DNA of 64,000 nucleotides from an uncultured bacterium. GTDB taxonomy: Bacteria; Babelota; Babeliae; Babelales; Vermiphilaceae. The stretch covers positions 640,001-704,000 of the forward strand of contig OY968764.1 of NCBI GenBank assembly GCA_963695335.1, in the 5' to 3' direction. Of this stretch, positions 50,893 to 61,190 are shown piece by piece. The translations under genes and the position numbers were made by a program. How positions within the stretch are numbered: position 1 is the first letter of the stretch; the number at the start of each line of letters is the position of its first letter. Under the pieces are notes generated by a model. It saw only the letters and a list, made by a program, of their open reading frames with translations. It was not told where the DNA came from and ran no database searches.

Positions 50893-53142
50893 TTATTTTG
50901 CAGATGTATAACCGCACTCTTTATTCAAACAAACAAGCGTAGTTTCACCTTCTTTATTTGTTTTTTTAACTAAGAACGGCCACTTACATTTTGGACATTT
51001 CTTTTCTTCGATAGGGTCAAAGATTGCAAATTTACATTTTGGATATCCAGCACAGCCCCAGAATTTGCCGCCCCGCCATGCGCGTTCAATAATTTCATCA
51101 CCACTTTCCGGGCAATGGAACGGTAATGTTTTACGTTCAACGTATTTGCAATCAGGGTACCCTGAGCATGCAACAAAATCACCGTACTTACCTTTAAGTT
51201 GGCGTAACTGTTTGCCGCACGTTGGGCATTGTTTATCAAGCAGTTTTGGTGCTTCATGTTCTTTTAGTTCAATTTTGCCATGTTCGTCACGTGCAAAATT
51301 AGAAGTAAACGTACATTCAGGAAATCCAGTACAACCTAAAAACTCACCAGCTTTGCCAAAACGGATTGCCAATTTATGTTTGCCACATTGTGGGCAGATC
51401 ATATCAATTTCAACCGCTTTTTTGCCACCATCTTTGCCAGCAAACGCTTCTAAATCTTTTTCAAATGTTTCATGGAAACTTCTGAGTAATGTGTCGCGCT
51501 CAAGCTCACCTTCTGCAATTTTATCAAGCTCTTCTTCCATACGTGCAGTGAATTTGGGGCTCATGAGTTCTGGTAAATTTTTAACCAACATTTCTGTTAC
51601 GGTCATACCCAATTCTGTTGGTACAAATTTCTTTTTTTCAAGATTTGTATATGCACGTGCGCGGATAGTATTAAGAACTGCCACGTAGGTACTTGGTCGG
51701 CCAATACCTTCTTTTTCTAACTCTTTAACAAGTGAAGCTTCAGTAAATCGTGCAGGTGGTTGTGTGAAATGTTGCTTAGGATCAATCTTTTTAAGATCAA
51801 CATTGTTTTTTGCTTTAATGTCAGCAGGCAGCGTAACTTTATCTTCTTTTTCGCCTTCTTCCTCTTCTTGATATACAAGTAAGAAGCCATCAAAGATAAG
51901 CGTTGAGCCAGTGACTTTGAATGTATAAATACCACCTTTAATCACTACTTGGCGCTGTGCATATTCAGCCGGTTTCATTTGGCATGCAACAAATCGTTTC
52001 CAAATAAGATCATATAGTTTTGCTTCATCAGCAGGGATATACGGTCTTACTTTGTCAGGTGTAAGGGTAATATTAATTGGTCTAATTGCTTCATGGGCAT
52101 CTTGTGTTTTACCTTTTGATTTTTTTTCAAACATGTTCGCTTTTGCAGGTAAATAATCAGCAGGAAAATTCTTGTTGATATATGAACGTACTTGCGTCAT
52201 TGCCGTATCAGAGATACGTAATGAGTCTGTACGCATATAGGTGATTAATGCCACAGGAGTAGAGGCATCTGTAAGCGGTAAACCTTCATACAGATGTTGC
52301 GCAAGTTGCATTGTTTTTTTAACAGAAAACCCAAGTAAGTTGTATGCTGCTTGTTGCAAGGTACTGGTCATAAATGGAGGCAGTGGATTTCTGGTGCGGG
52401 TTTTATCAGTTATTGAATCGATCGCATAATTTTCATTTTTGAGCGCTTCAATAACCTTTTTTGCCGTTTTTTCATCTTTAATTTCTGCTTTTTCTTTGCC
52501 AATATTAGTGAGCGGTGCAGCAATTGTTGCTTTGTTGTGTGCAAAGTTACCGGTGATACTCCAGTATTCTTCGGGAACAAAGTTGCGGATTGCAGTTTCA
52601 CGATCACAGATCATGCGCAATGCTACTGATTGCACGCGTCCAGCAGAAAGACCTTTTGCTATTTTGCGCCATAAAATAGGAGAAACTTCATAACCTACCC
52701 AGCGGTCTAAAACTCTGCGTGCTTGCTGAGCTTCTACTAATTTTATATTAATTTCACCAGGTTTGTTAATAGCTTCTAAAATGGCAGGTTCGGTAATTTC
52801 GTTAAAAGCGATTCGGTATGTTTTTGTGCCTTTTTTGGCGACTTTATTAATTTCTTGTGCAATGTGCCATCCAATAATTTCCCCCTCACGGTCAGGATCG
52901 GGAGCTATATAAATGGTATCGCAGGTGGATGCTTGTTTACAGATGCCGGCGATAGTTGCTTCTTTACCTTCTAAGGTAACGTATTCAAGGTGGATACCTT
53001 TTTTATCCATGGTGACGCCGATAGATTTTGCAGGAAGATCTTTAATATGCCCCATGGTGGACATGATCACAAAATCTTTGCCGAGAAACTTTGCAATGGT
53101 TTTAATTTTTGCTGGTGACTCAACGATGATTAACTTTTTCAT
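50893..53142 (-). CDS. topA: DNA topoisomerase I with C-terminal Zn ribbons
   Basis: LIIVESPAK, DPDREGE, SAGRVQS, ITYMRTDS, QDAHEAIRP, GIGRPSTY, C4 repeats. Confidence 0.97.
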   Translation of the reverse strand: MKKLIIVESPAKIKTIAKFLGKDFVIMSTMGHIKDLPAKSIGVTMDKKGIHLEYVTLEGKEATIAGICKQASTCDTIYIAPDPDREGEIIGWHIAQEINKVAKKGTKTYRIAFNEITEPAILEAINKPGEINIKLVEAQQARRVLDRWVGYEVSPILWRKIAKGLSAGRVQSVALRMICDRETAIRNFVPEEYWSITGNFAHNKATIAAPLTNIGKEKAEIKDEKTAKKVIEALKNENYAIDSITDKTRTRNPLPPFMTSTLQQAAYNLLGFSVKKTMQLAQHLYEGLPLTDASTPVALITYMRTDSLRISDTAMTQVRSYINKNFPADYLPAKANMFEKKSKGKTQDAHEAIRPINITLTPDKVRPYIPADEAKLYDLIWKRFVACQMKPAEYAQRQVVIKGGIYTFKVTGSTLIFDGFLLVYQEEEEGEKEDKVTLPADIKAKNNVDLKKIDPKQHFTQPPARFTEASLVKELEKEGIGRPSTYVAVLNTIRARAYTNLEKKKFVPTELGMTVTEMLVKNLPELMSPKFTARMEEELDKIAEGELERDTLLRSFHETFEKDLEAFAGKDGGKKAVEIDMICPQCGKHKLAIRFGKAGEFLGCTGFPECTFTSNFARDEHGKIELKEHEAPKLLDKQCPTCGKQLRQLKGKYGDFVACSGYPDCKYVERKTLPFHCPESGDEIIERAWRGGKFWGCAGYPKCKFAIFDPIEEKKCPKCKWPFLVKKTNKEGETTLVCLNKECGYTSAK

Positions 53143-53415
53143 GAGTATCTTTTTAGGTTTAGCTGATAATTATGTTGTAACATAGTACTCCTTTTCCATT
53201 TTTTTGCATTACTTTATCTATAATAGAGGATCTATTTTCAAAAAGTCAAATAATTATACCCCAGATTTTTAGTTAAAGCTTTAATCCGAGGACTTCTTAA
53301 TAAGAATTAAGAGGAAATTAACTCTCCGGGAGGCGAGATTTCTTGGTGGATTGTTAAAAACCGGACTTTTGTGTAAAATAGATAGCAATAAATCTTTAAA
53401 CTGATCGGGGGTAAA

Positions 53416-53802
53416 ATGTCTGTTAATTATCGTGAAATGCTAGAAAAAGTAAGAGATTTAAAGATTGGCAAAGATGATATGCCGCCATTACGCTACGATG
53501 ATGAAGCAGAGCTGTTTGAAAATCCTGTCATCATTGAGCGTAAACATTTAATTACTATTCTTAAGCGTTTTAAGCAAGAACTTATCTCCCAAGAAGATCT
53601 TTTTGATTGGATTCATTTTGTTTGGTTTTCAGATTTATACACATGCGCGGATGAAGATGCGGAATGTATTTCTGGTGTTATTCAAATATTAGAAGAGTTA
53701 GAAGAAGAGGGCGAAGTGCTACCGGAAGACGTGCAGCATTGTTTGTATGCGCTTGAGCACAATGTGGAAAATCCGCTTCGCTTATTTGACCATTCTTTAT
53801 AA
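53416..53802 (+). CDS. Hypothetical acidic protein
   Basis: GGGGG RBS; 128 aa ORF. Confidence 0.6.
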   Translation: MSVNYREMLEKVRDLKIGKDDMPPLRYDDEAELFENPVIIERKHLITILKRFKQELISQEDLFDWIHFVWFSDLYTCADEDAECISGVIQILEELEEEGEVLPEDVQHCLYALEHNVENPLRLFDHSL

Positions 53803-53806
53803 TTGC

Positions 53807-53931
53807 ACCCTTCGATACATTCTCTTCCGCAAAGCTACAGAGAACACTCAGGGCGAGCGGTGGGAGGTGCAATAAGTTATTTTCTTCCGCTCGTCCTGAG
53901 TGTTTTTGCTTGCAAAAATGTATCGAAGGGT
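53807..53931. repeat. Palindromic repeat, family B
   Basis: acccttcgatacat...cactcagggcgagcgg...ccgctcgtcctgagtg...atgtatcgaagggt. Confidence 0.9.
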
Positions 53932-54006
53932 AGCGTATCGGAGAACTTGCTGAAAGAATGAATATTTTATAAGTTAAAGAATAAAAAATAAATTTAGGGA
54001 TAACGC

Positions 54007-54783
54007 ATGACATTACTCCAATCATGGGCAGATTCATTAACATTACTTAAGCCAAAGAACTTACAACTTTTTGTGATGGTGACAATTAAATCAATTATCG
54101 AAGCGTACAAATTATATTTTAAATATTTTTGGTGGTTAATATTGGCAATGCCAATTTTTTTATTTATAGCACCAGACGTTGCAGCAGCTTGGAAAAATAA
54201 TGATGGTAACAGTTTAGCTCACTACGCTACGATAGTTGGTATCGCAGCTTCATTGTATGGATTGCTTTTTTTAGCGGCTTGTTTTGCCACACGCCCTTCT
54301 ATTTTGCAAAAAGATTGTGCTTATTTCCGTACTCAATTCAAAAAAATTATTGTGTACTGGTTTGTGTGGGGGATCTTCAGAGTACTATTGATGAAATACG
54401 CAGTATCATTTGGCAAAACAGCTTTTTACATAGGAAACATATCTTTTAATAAAACAGCTTTTTATGTAGGAAACACCTCTTTATGTGCACCAGAACTTAT
54501 ATTTTTTATTCTCTTTTTTGCTGATTCAGATGGAGGATTAAAAAATATTTTTGTTTCTTTTTGGAACACATTAAAAATGATCGTTTATAATCTTCCTTTG
54601 ATATTTTTGATTAATCTTATTTTTGGTATCTCTTTATTTGTGTTCAGTTATTTTTTTAATATTTCTCCCTTGATGCAAATTATTATTGGAGCGTTTTTGA
54701 TGCCAATTGGTGTGTGCACATACGCCAATATTTATATTAAAAGGTTGCATGATCAATTTGATCTCTATTTTAAGCAGCCATAA
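54007..54783 (+). CDS. Hypothetical multi-pass membrane protein
   Basis: Several TM segments; AGGGA RBS. Confidence 0.7.
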   Translation: MTLLQSWADSLTLLKPKNLQLFVMVTIKSIIEAYKLYFKYFWWLILAMPIFLFIAPDVAAAWKNNDGNSLAHYATIVGIAASLYGLLFLAACFATRPSILQKDCAYFRTQFKKIIVYWFVWGIFRVLLMKYAVSFGKTAFYIGNISFNKTAFYVGNTSLCAPELIFFILFFADSDGGLKNIFVSFWNTLKMIVYNLPLIFLINLIFGISLFVFSYFFNISPLMQIIIGAFLMPIGVCTYANIYIKRLHDQFDLYFKQP

Positions 54784-54794
54784 TAGGAAAATGT

Positions 54795-55526
54795 ATGAAA
54801 ATTGGAATGGTTGTACGGAATCTTTTTTCACGTTTTTTACTTGTTGTTATTACGATTGTTTTTCTTATTCCGATTATTATCTTTCTTTGTATTCCAGAAA
54901 AATATCGTTATAAATATCCGATCTTTTTTTATCCTGTACACTGGTTTTACGTTCTTATATTAAAAGGTTCGATGTTGCCAATCACATACAAAGGAGTTGA
55001 TAATATTCCCAAAGATAAGCCAGTTATTTTTGTGGCAAATCATCAATCAGCCTTAGATATTCCTCTGCTTGGTGTATTATCAAAATATGTTCCTCACGTG
55101 TGGCTTGCAAAAGCAGAGTTGATGGATTCTATTTTTATTAGATGGATAATACCATTATTATCGGTGCTTGTTGACGTTGATTCACCAAGAGCAGCAATGC
55201 TTTCGCTGCGTAAAATATTAAATGTAGTGAATAATCATCATCGTAATCTTATGATATTTCCAGAAGGAACTCGGTATACAGACGGTAAGATTCATGAGTT
55301 TCTTGGCGGTTTTGTGATTCTCGCAAAAAAATTAGGACGTCCTGTGGTGCCTGTGTGTATTATTGGTATTAACAAAGCGTATCCACCAGAAACGTTTTGG
55401 GTGCAGTGGTATCCAATTACGGTGATTGTGGGTAAGCCGTTTATGTATGAAGAGAATGATACGGATGAAGCATTTAAAGATAGAGTGCATCAGTGGTTTG
55501 TTGAACAAGTGGAGCAAAATGCGTGA
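54795..55526 (+). CDS. plsC: 1-acyl-sn-glycerol-3-phosphate acyltransferase
   Basis: NHQSALD, IFPEGTR, PVVPV. Confidence 0.9.
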   Translation: MKIGMVVRNLFSRFLLVVITIVFLIPIIIFLCIPEKYRYKYPIFFYPVHWFYVLILKGSMLPITYKGVDNIPKDKPVIFVANHQSALDIPLLGVLSKYVPHVWLAKAELMDSIFIRWIIPLLSVLVDVDSPRAAMLSLRKILNVVNNHHRNLMIFPEGTRYTDGKIHEFLGGFVILAKKLGRPVVPVCIIGINKAYPPETFWVQWYPITVIVGKPFMYEENDTDEAFKDRVHQWFVEQVEQNA

Positions 55527-56518
55527 TTAACCATTTTTTTTTACGTTGCGCGTATCCGTTATATACCGCCATTTTGATTGCTGTTATTGTTGCGGTTATG
55601 TTGGCACGTAAATTTTTACACAAAACAGTTGTGTATTGTTATTCATTGGGGCATGCGCTTAAAAAAAGTAGTCGTGCCACGTCTCATATCCATAAAAAAG
55701 TTTTTTATATTCTACGTTTGCTTGTTTTAATTCTTCTTGCGCTGTTGATTGCAAAGCCTCAAGTTGTTGATTCCCGTTCCAAAATTCCTGTGCAAGGTAT
55801 TGATATTGTTTTGGTGCTTGATGTCTCTGGCAGTATGCAGTTTAGAGATTATGAAGATGATAATCGCTCCCGTTTTGACGTTGCAAAATCGGAAGCGATT
55901 CATTTTATTGAAAAGCGTGATAATGATGCGCTTGGTCTTGTTTTGTTTGGTAAAGATACTGTATCGCGTTGTCCCATTACCTTTGATAAGCAGCTGTTAC
56001 AAAATGTGGTTGATGAGCTACAACTTGGCGTTATAGATTCTGATGGCACTATGTTGGTTACGGGCATTGTTACTGCAGCAAACCGTTTAAAACATTCAAA
56101 ATCAAAAACAAAAGTGATGATTGTGTTAACTGATGGCGAACCAAGTGAAGGGGATATGGATCCATCAGTTGGTATTGAAGTTGCACAAAAATTAGGCATA
56201 AAAATATACACCATTGGTATTGGTAGTGAACAGGAACAAATTTTTAGACATCAATTTTATGGTATGATGATTCGCCCAAAAGTGAATAAAGAGTTGTTAA
56301 CGAGTATTGCACAACAAACGGGCGGATCATATTTCTTTGCGCGCAGCGCTGCAGATATGCGCCGCGTGTATGATACCATTGATGCGTTGGAGCGCACAGA
56401 TCATGAAGTTCCACATTTTAGCTTGTATTATGATTTGCTCGTTCCATTTATTGCGGTTATTATGGCGGCTCTTTTTTGTGAGCTATTACTTTCAACATAT
56501 ATATGGTTTTCATTATGA
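55523..56518 (+). CDS. batA: BatA-like vWA membrane protein
   Basis: GIDIVLVLDVSGSM, LTDGE, IKIYTIGIG, IAQQTGG.YF.A. Confidence 0.85.
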   Translation: MINHFFLRCAYPLYTAILIAVIVAVMLARKFLHKTVVYCYSLGHALKKSSRATSHIHKKVFYILRLLVLILLALLIAKPQVVDSRSKIPVQGIDIVLVLDVSGSMQFRDYEDDNRSRFDVAKSEAIHFIEKRDNDALGLVLFGKDTVSRCPITFDKQLLQNVVDELQLGVIDSDGTMLVTGIVTAANRLKHSKSKTKVMIVLTDGEPSEGDMDPSVGIEVAQKLGIKIYTIGIGSEQEQIFRHQFYGMMIRPKVNKELLTSIAQQTGGSYFFARSAADMRRVYDTIDALERTDHEVPHFSLYYDLLVPFIAVIMAALFCELLLSTYIWFSL

Positions 56519-57513
56519 TATATATAACAGATATTCATTGGGCTACACCGAATAATATGTGGACGCTGTTGTTGGCATGTATTGCAGCATTGCTATTATG
56601 TGTGCGCTACAAAAAACAGTTACAAGCGCGATTCGCTTTGGTTGGAGTGCACACACAGTTTCTAAAAAATGTATCACCACAGAAACAGTTATTAAAATCT
56701 GTTTTGCTATCAGTTGGATTTTTATTTTTATGCTTTGCATTATTACGACCGCAGTGGGATAAATCTGAAGAAACGATTGTGCAAGAAGGGCGTGATTTAT
56801 ATATTGCGCTTGATATATCCCGTAGTATGCTTGCTACTGATTGTTCTCCCAATCGCCTGCACTTTGCAAAAGACAAAATTAAGCGCTTAGTAAAAAAGCT
56901 TTCTTGTGAACGTGTTGGGCTTATTCTTTTTTCTGGTTCTGCTTTTGTGCAATGTCCTTTAACATCGGATTATGGAGCATTTTATTTATATCTTGACGCA
57001 GTTGATGCAGAACTTATCTCTTCCGGAACAACTGCGCTTGATCAAGCTATTATACAAGCATTAACCTCGTTTGCATCTGCTCCAGATCGTAAAAGTAAAT
57101 TATTGGCACTGTTCACTGATGGTGAAGATTTTTCTCAGAATTTGAACAGTATAAAACAAGATGCAGCAGAATCTGGGCTTTCTATTTTTACGTTTGGTGT
57201 GGGAACTCCTGAAGGTGCTCCTGTTCCTCTGTTTGATGCTCATGGTAAACTTCTTGGTCATCAGAAAGATGCGCACGGTGGCATTGTTATTTCTCGCCTT
57301 AATGAAGGAATTTTACATTCACTTTCGCAAGATGCTGGTGGTAGATATATTAGATCGGTTGATAATGATGATGATATTGCAACATTTATTCGAGCGGTGC
57401 ATGCTTTTGAAAAAGAACAAATTTCGGAACGTAAGCATTCGCGGTATGAAGATCAATATCATTATTTTTTGCTGGTAAGTTTTATTTGTTTTGCGCTTGA
57501 GTGGTTATTATGA
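56515..57513 (+). CDS. batB: BatB-like vWA protein
   Basis: RPQW, ALDISRSMLATD.SPNRL, PLTSDY, TDGED, GVGTPEGAP. Confidence 0.85.
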   Translation: MIYITDIHWATPNNMWTLLLACIAALLLCVRYKKQLQARFALVGVHTQFLKNVSPQKQLLKSVLLSVGFLFLCFALLRPQWDKSEETIVQEGRDLYIALDISRSMLATDCSPNRLHFAKDKIKRLVKKLSCERVGLILFSGSAFVQCPLTSDYGAFYLYLDAVDAELISSGTTALDQAIIQALTSFASAPDRKSKLLALFTDGEDFSQNLNSIKQDAAESGLSIFTFGVGTPEGAPVPLFDAHGKLLGHQKDAHGGIVISRLNEGILHSLSQDAGGRYIRSVDNDDDIATFIRAVHAFEKEQISERKHSRYEDQYHYFLLVSFICFALEWLL

Positions 57514-58796
57514 AATTACATGTATCAAGTATGATGATTACTAAATTTATTAAATCAGTTAGAGCACCTCTCACCGCTCGCCCTGAGTGTTTTACGAAGC
57601 GTAGCGTAGTAAAATGTATCGAAGGGTGCAAAAATCAAAAGTTATTGTTATGTCGCATCCTGCGATACATTTTTGAAGACAAAAACACTCAGGACGAGCG
57701 GAGGGTAAGCAAGTGTATTTTTGTAGTCACCATTTTTATGACATCTTTCTTTACCCATCCTTTCTCCTACGATTCCGCAATTTATAAAGCTCAAAAGGGC
57801 AATTGGCAAGATGCGCACAGTGCATTAAGCAGTATTATTACGGATAATCCTGATAGAGCAGATGTTATGTATGATGCAGGAGTTGCTGCATATAATCTTG
57901 GCAACAAATGTCAGGCAGCAACTTGTTTTGCGCGTGCAGCTGAATGTAGTGCTGATAAAAATATTGCGTTTTGTGCTCATTTTAATGCGGGCAATACATA
58001 TGTTGATGAAAAAGAATTAGAACAAGCGCTTGTAGAATATGATAAAGCGCTTGCAATAGAATCTGATAATGAGTATGCGCGTCATAATCGTGATCGTGTT
58101 GCGCAGATGTTACAAGAGCAGGAAAAACAGCAAGAGAATAAGCAAGATGATCAGCAGCAGAATAAAGATCAAGAAAAAAATGAACAAAACCAGGATGACA
58201 AGCAAGATCAGGATAAGCAGCAAAAAGATAAGCAAGATGGACAGCAAGACAGCCAAGATTCCTCCTCCGCTGAAGCTTCGGCGGACAGGCAAAACCAAAA
58301 GCAAAATGGTAATGATAAAAAAGATGGTCAACAAAACCAAAACGGCAACGACACGCAAAATGAAAAAAACGACTCATCGCAAGATGAATTGTCAAATAAG
58401 CAATCCCAAGGTGATAGCGATCAAAGAGACGCTGCAAACAACAGCAAAGACACACAGCGACAAGAGTATGGGAAGAATAAAAAAGAGCGCCATCAAAATT
58501 CCACCAATGATAAGAAGGGGGATGGTAAAAATGAGTTTGATAAACAATCGCAAGATGCACAAAAAGAGGGCAATGAGCAACAAAGAGATAAACATGGAAC
58601 AACTCCTGGTCAACAAAATATAAGTGATGATAAAGATAATCTATCAGCGCAAGAGGGTCAAGAGCAAGCGATCACTGATCCATGGCTTTTGAGAATTCTG
58701 AATGATCAGGAAATGCTTGATAAGACAGTTAATAAACAGTTAATGGAAGCAAAAATTCGTCAACATGGTGGAAAAAATGGTCAAAATTGTTGGTAA
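57510..58796 (+). CDS. batC: BatC-like TPR protein with Q/D/K-rich tail
   Basis: TPR (AHFNAGNTY..ALVEYDKAL), low-complexity tail, C-terminal W; ATGA overlap with batB stop. Confidence 0.75.
   Translation: MKLHVSSMMITKFIKSVRAPLTARPECFTKRSVVKCIEGCKNQKLLLCRILRYIFEDKNTQDERRVSKCIFVVTIFMTSFFTHPFSYDSAIYKAQKGNWQDAHSALSSIITDNPDRADVMYDAGVAAYNLGNKCQAATCFARAAECSADKNIAFCAHFNAGNTYVDEKELEQALVEYDKALAIESDNEYARHNRDRVAQMLQEQEKQQENKQDDQQQNKDQEKNEQNQDDKQDQDKQQKDKQDGQQDSQDSSSAEASADRQNQKQNGNDKKDGQQNQNGNDTQNEKNDSSQDELSNKQSQGDSDQRDAANNSKDTQRQEYGKNKKERHQNSTNDKKGDGKNEFDKQSQDAQKEGNEQQRDKHGTTPGQQNISDDKDNLSAQEGQEQAITDPWLLRILNDQEMLDKTVNKQLMEAKIRQHGGKNGQNCW
57574..57701. repeat. Palindromic repeat, family B, in-frame in batC
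   Basis: ccgctcgccctgagtg...tgtatcgaagggtgc...gcatcctgcgatacat...cactcaggacgagcgg. Confidence 0.9.
58261..58289. repeat. Short GC-rich hairpin, family D, in-frame in batC
   Basis: cctcctccgctgaagcttcggcggacagg; similar to 49572-49602. Confidence 0.65.
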
Positions 58797-60450
58797 ACTT
58801 TTTATAATTTTTCTCTGTTTGATGGGATCTTTTTTACATGCGGGTATTTCTTTGGAAGTTCGTACAGATAATGGCACTCCCAATAGCGTTGTAGTAGGAC
58901 AACCATTTACGCTTGATGTTGTTATTAATGGAGTGTATGGATCAATTCCACAGCCAACAATTCGCGGCATAGAAAAGTTTAATCCACGGCAATGTGGATC
59001 ATATATGAGCAGTGTGAATGGCAAAGCAACAGCGCGTTATTCTTATCAGATTCGTATTGATAAAATTGGATCATATGTGCTGGGGCCGGCAACTATTACA
59101 CATCAGCAACAAGAGTTTGTTTCCAATGAACTGCACGTAGATGTAGTAAAAGATATTGGTGCAGTGCAGACGAATAATAAAAATAGTACAGCTGCAGAGC
59201 CAAAAACATTTTTACGATTGATGGTCAGTTCAGAATCTGTAGTTGTTGGGCAAAAGATACATTGTGTGTTGCGTTTTTATTATCAAGATCCGTCACTTTC
59301 ATTAACAAGTATCGGTTCACCAGAGTTGCCTGGATTTGATGTTAAAGAGAATATTCCGCTAGAACAAGGTTCTGCGCAGGTTGATGGTGTAGAATATCGT
59401 TATGTGCAATGGCAGTGGGAGATGTATCCAACCAAGCCGGGCGAATTTCTTATTCCTGCATATAGTGCTGATTATGAATTGCCGATAAAAGATAATAACC
59501 ATCTTTTTGGTGGTTTTTTTGCGTTCAGCAGAGCTGAGCATAAGCGAGTATACTCAAATGCTGTGAATATTAAAGTTTCTCCACTGCCGCATTCAAAATT
59601 GCCCGTGCATGCAGTTGGGCAGTTTGAACGTTTTTCTGCTGAAATAAAACCGGGAGTGGCAAAAGAAGGTGAAGGAATGGCGTTAACATTAGAAATAGAA
59701 GGTAATGGTAATTTATCATCCATAGCAACACCACTGTTACAGATGCCTGATACGTTAAAATATTATGATTCAAATAGTTCTATTATTGCTCCCAAACATA
59801 GTGATGAATTACCTAAAAAAAGATTTGAATTCATTGTACAGGGTATGAAATCAGGGTATTGCGAAATTCCTGAGCAACTGTTTACCTATTTTGATATTGA
59901 TACTCATCGATATGTAACATTGCGTACTGTACCGCTTGCAGTTTCAATTATGCCGGGAGTAATCAGTGCAAAAAAAGATATTGGTGCACCGTTATTGCCG
60001 ATTGAAGAGTCGGGCGCTATTGCTGCTCATCGGACTATTGCAGATATTAATAGATCAGGGGTGTGGTATGACATACCAGAACGGCGTTCATTGCCATGGT
60101 GGTTGTTTCAGTTGTTGTTATTATTGCCATGTTTTTATCTTGCATATCCTCTTGTGTTAGAGAGAAGCATTGTGCTGACTGGAAACAGTGCGCGATTGGT
60201 ACGATGGCGCGCGTTTAGAAACGCTCATAAACAGCTTGAGCATGCTATTAAAAACAGTGATGATACGCAGCTGTATGCTATTTTTATGCAATTGTTTGCA
60301 GATCTTGATAAGAATGAAGAAGTTTTGCGACAAGATGTTTTTTTTGAACGTATTGTGCACGCAGCATATGGAAAATCAGATAATAAAAATAGTGATGAAT
60401 TATGTGGGATGGCAAAGCAATGGTTAGAGCGCTTAGAAAAAGCTATATAA
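58777..60450 (+). CDS. batD: BatD-like protein
   Basis: Signal peptide, VGQPFTL.V, AVGQF, GNGNL, YFD.....Y..L, C-terminal TM; operon position. Confidence 0.8.
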   Translation: MVKIVGKLFIIFLCLMGSFLHAGISLEVRTDNGTPNSVVVGQPFTLDVVINGVYGSIPQPTIRGIEKFNPRQCGSYMSSVNGKATARYSYQIRIDKIGSYVLGPATITHQQQEFVSNELHVDVVKDIGAVQTNNKNSTAAEPKTFLRLMVSSESVVVGQKIHCVLRFYYQDPSLSLTSIGSPELPGFDVKENIPLEQGSAQVDGVEYRYVQWQWEMYPTKPGEFLIPAYSADYELPIKDNNHLFGGFFAFSRAEHKRVYSNAVNIKVSPLPHSKLPVHAVGQFERFSAEIKPGVAKEGEGMALTLEIEGNGNLSSIATPLLQMPDTLKYYDSNSSIIAPKHSDELPKKRFEFIVQGMKSGYCEIPEQLFTYFDIDTHRYVTLRTVPLAVSIMPGVISAKKDIGAPLLPIEESGAIAAHRTIADINRSGVWYDIPERRSLPWWLFQLLLLLPCFYLAYPLVLERSIVLTGNSARLVRWRAFRNAHKQLEHAIKNSDDTQLYAIFMQLFADLDKNEEVLRQDVFFERIVHAAYGKSDNKNSDELCGMAKQWLERLEKAI

Positions 60451-61163
60451 CATTATTCTCTCTTTGCGCGTTTATTGTAATCACAACAAACGCAAAAAAT
60501 GATGAAGAATTTTTTTTGCGTGGCAACAAGCAGTATACACAAAAGAATTATGATGATGCATTCAATTCTTATGAAATGATAAGTAAAAAAGGTAGCGCTG
60601 TTTTGTATAATATGGGTAATTGCTGTTTTCATAAAGGTGATTATGCTCAGGCTCTTGTATATTGGTCACGTGCGCAAGTTGGAGCAACGCCTCAAGAATA
60701 TGCTCTTATTGTACACAATAAAGAGCATGTTGCTCATTTGCTTGGTAAAGAAGATCTTGTATCAGGACGACAAAAAATAGTTGCTTTTTTACAAGCTTTA
60801 TTGCCTTACATTTCTCTTTTTTTACTCCAACTTTTATTTTTGTTGTGTTGGTATTTTTCTTTGTTTTTACTGCGTAAACAACAGATAAGATTTAAAAAAA
60901 TTATTGTTGGGTGTGCATCATTTATAATGATGTTTTTTGGATCTCTGTTGCATGTGCATTATATGCAGCAAGATGTACAAGGTGGTATTGTGGTAAAGAA
61001 AGATGCACAGCTTTTAGTTGGTCCTGATAAAGGGTTTCAAGCCCTTTGCCCACTTGTTTATGCTTATAACGTAGCGGTTAAAGAAAGAAGAGAAGGGTGG
61101 TATAAAATTCAATATGCTGATATGATTGGCTGGGTTGAAGCAGATATGGTGCAAATTATATAA
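60420..61163 (+). CDS. batE: BatE-like TPR/SH3 protein
   Basis: FLRGNKQY, YNMGNC, two TMs, W.KI....IGWV; start uncertain (60402/60420). Confidence 0.8.
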   Translation: MVRALRKSYITLFSLCAFIVITTNAKNDEEFFLRGNKQYTQKNYDDAFNSYEMISKKGSAVLYNMGNCCFHKGDYAQALVYWSRAQVGATPQEYALIVHNKEHVAHLLGKEDLVSGRQKIVAFLQALLPYISLFLLQLLFLLCWYFSLFLLRKQQIRFKKIIVGCASFIMMFFGSLLHVHYMQQDVQGGIVVKKDAQLLVGPDKGFQALCPLVYAYNVAVKERREGWYKIQYADMIGWVEADMVQII

Positions 61164-61190
61164 TAAAAACTCATAAATTGATAACAGCGT

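Noticed and set aside
51065..51688. 207-aa plus-strand ORF
   Set aside because: Antisense shadow of topA
53143..53415. topA upstream intergenic region as a possible ncRNA
   Set aside because: No convincing stems or recognisable RNA family; likely divergent promoters only
54409..54480. 36-bp imperfect tandem duplication (FGKTAFYIGNIS/FNKTAFYVGNTS)
   Set aside because: Real, but only a local in-frame duplication with no further structure
57982..58623. Several overlapping alternative-frame ORFs
   Set aside because: By-products of the low-complexity batC tail
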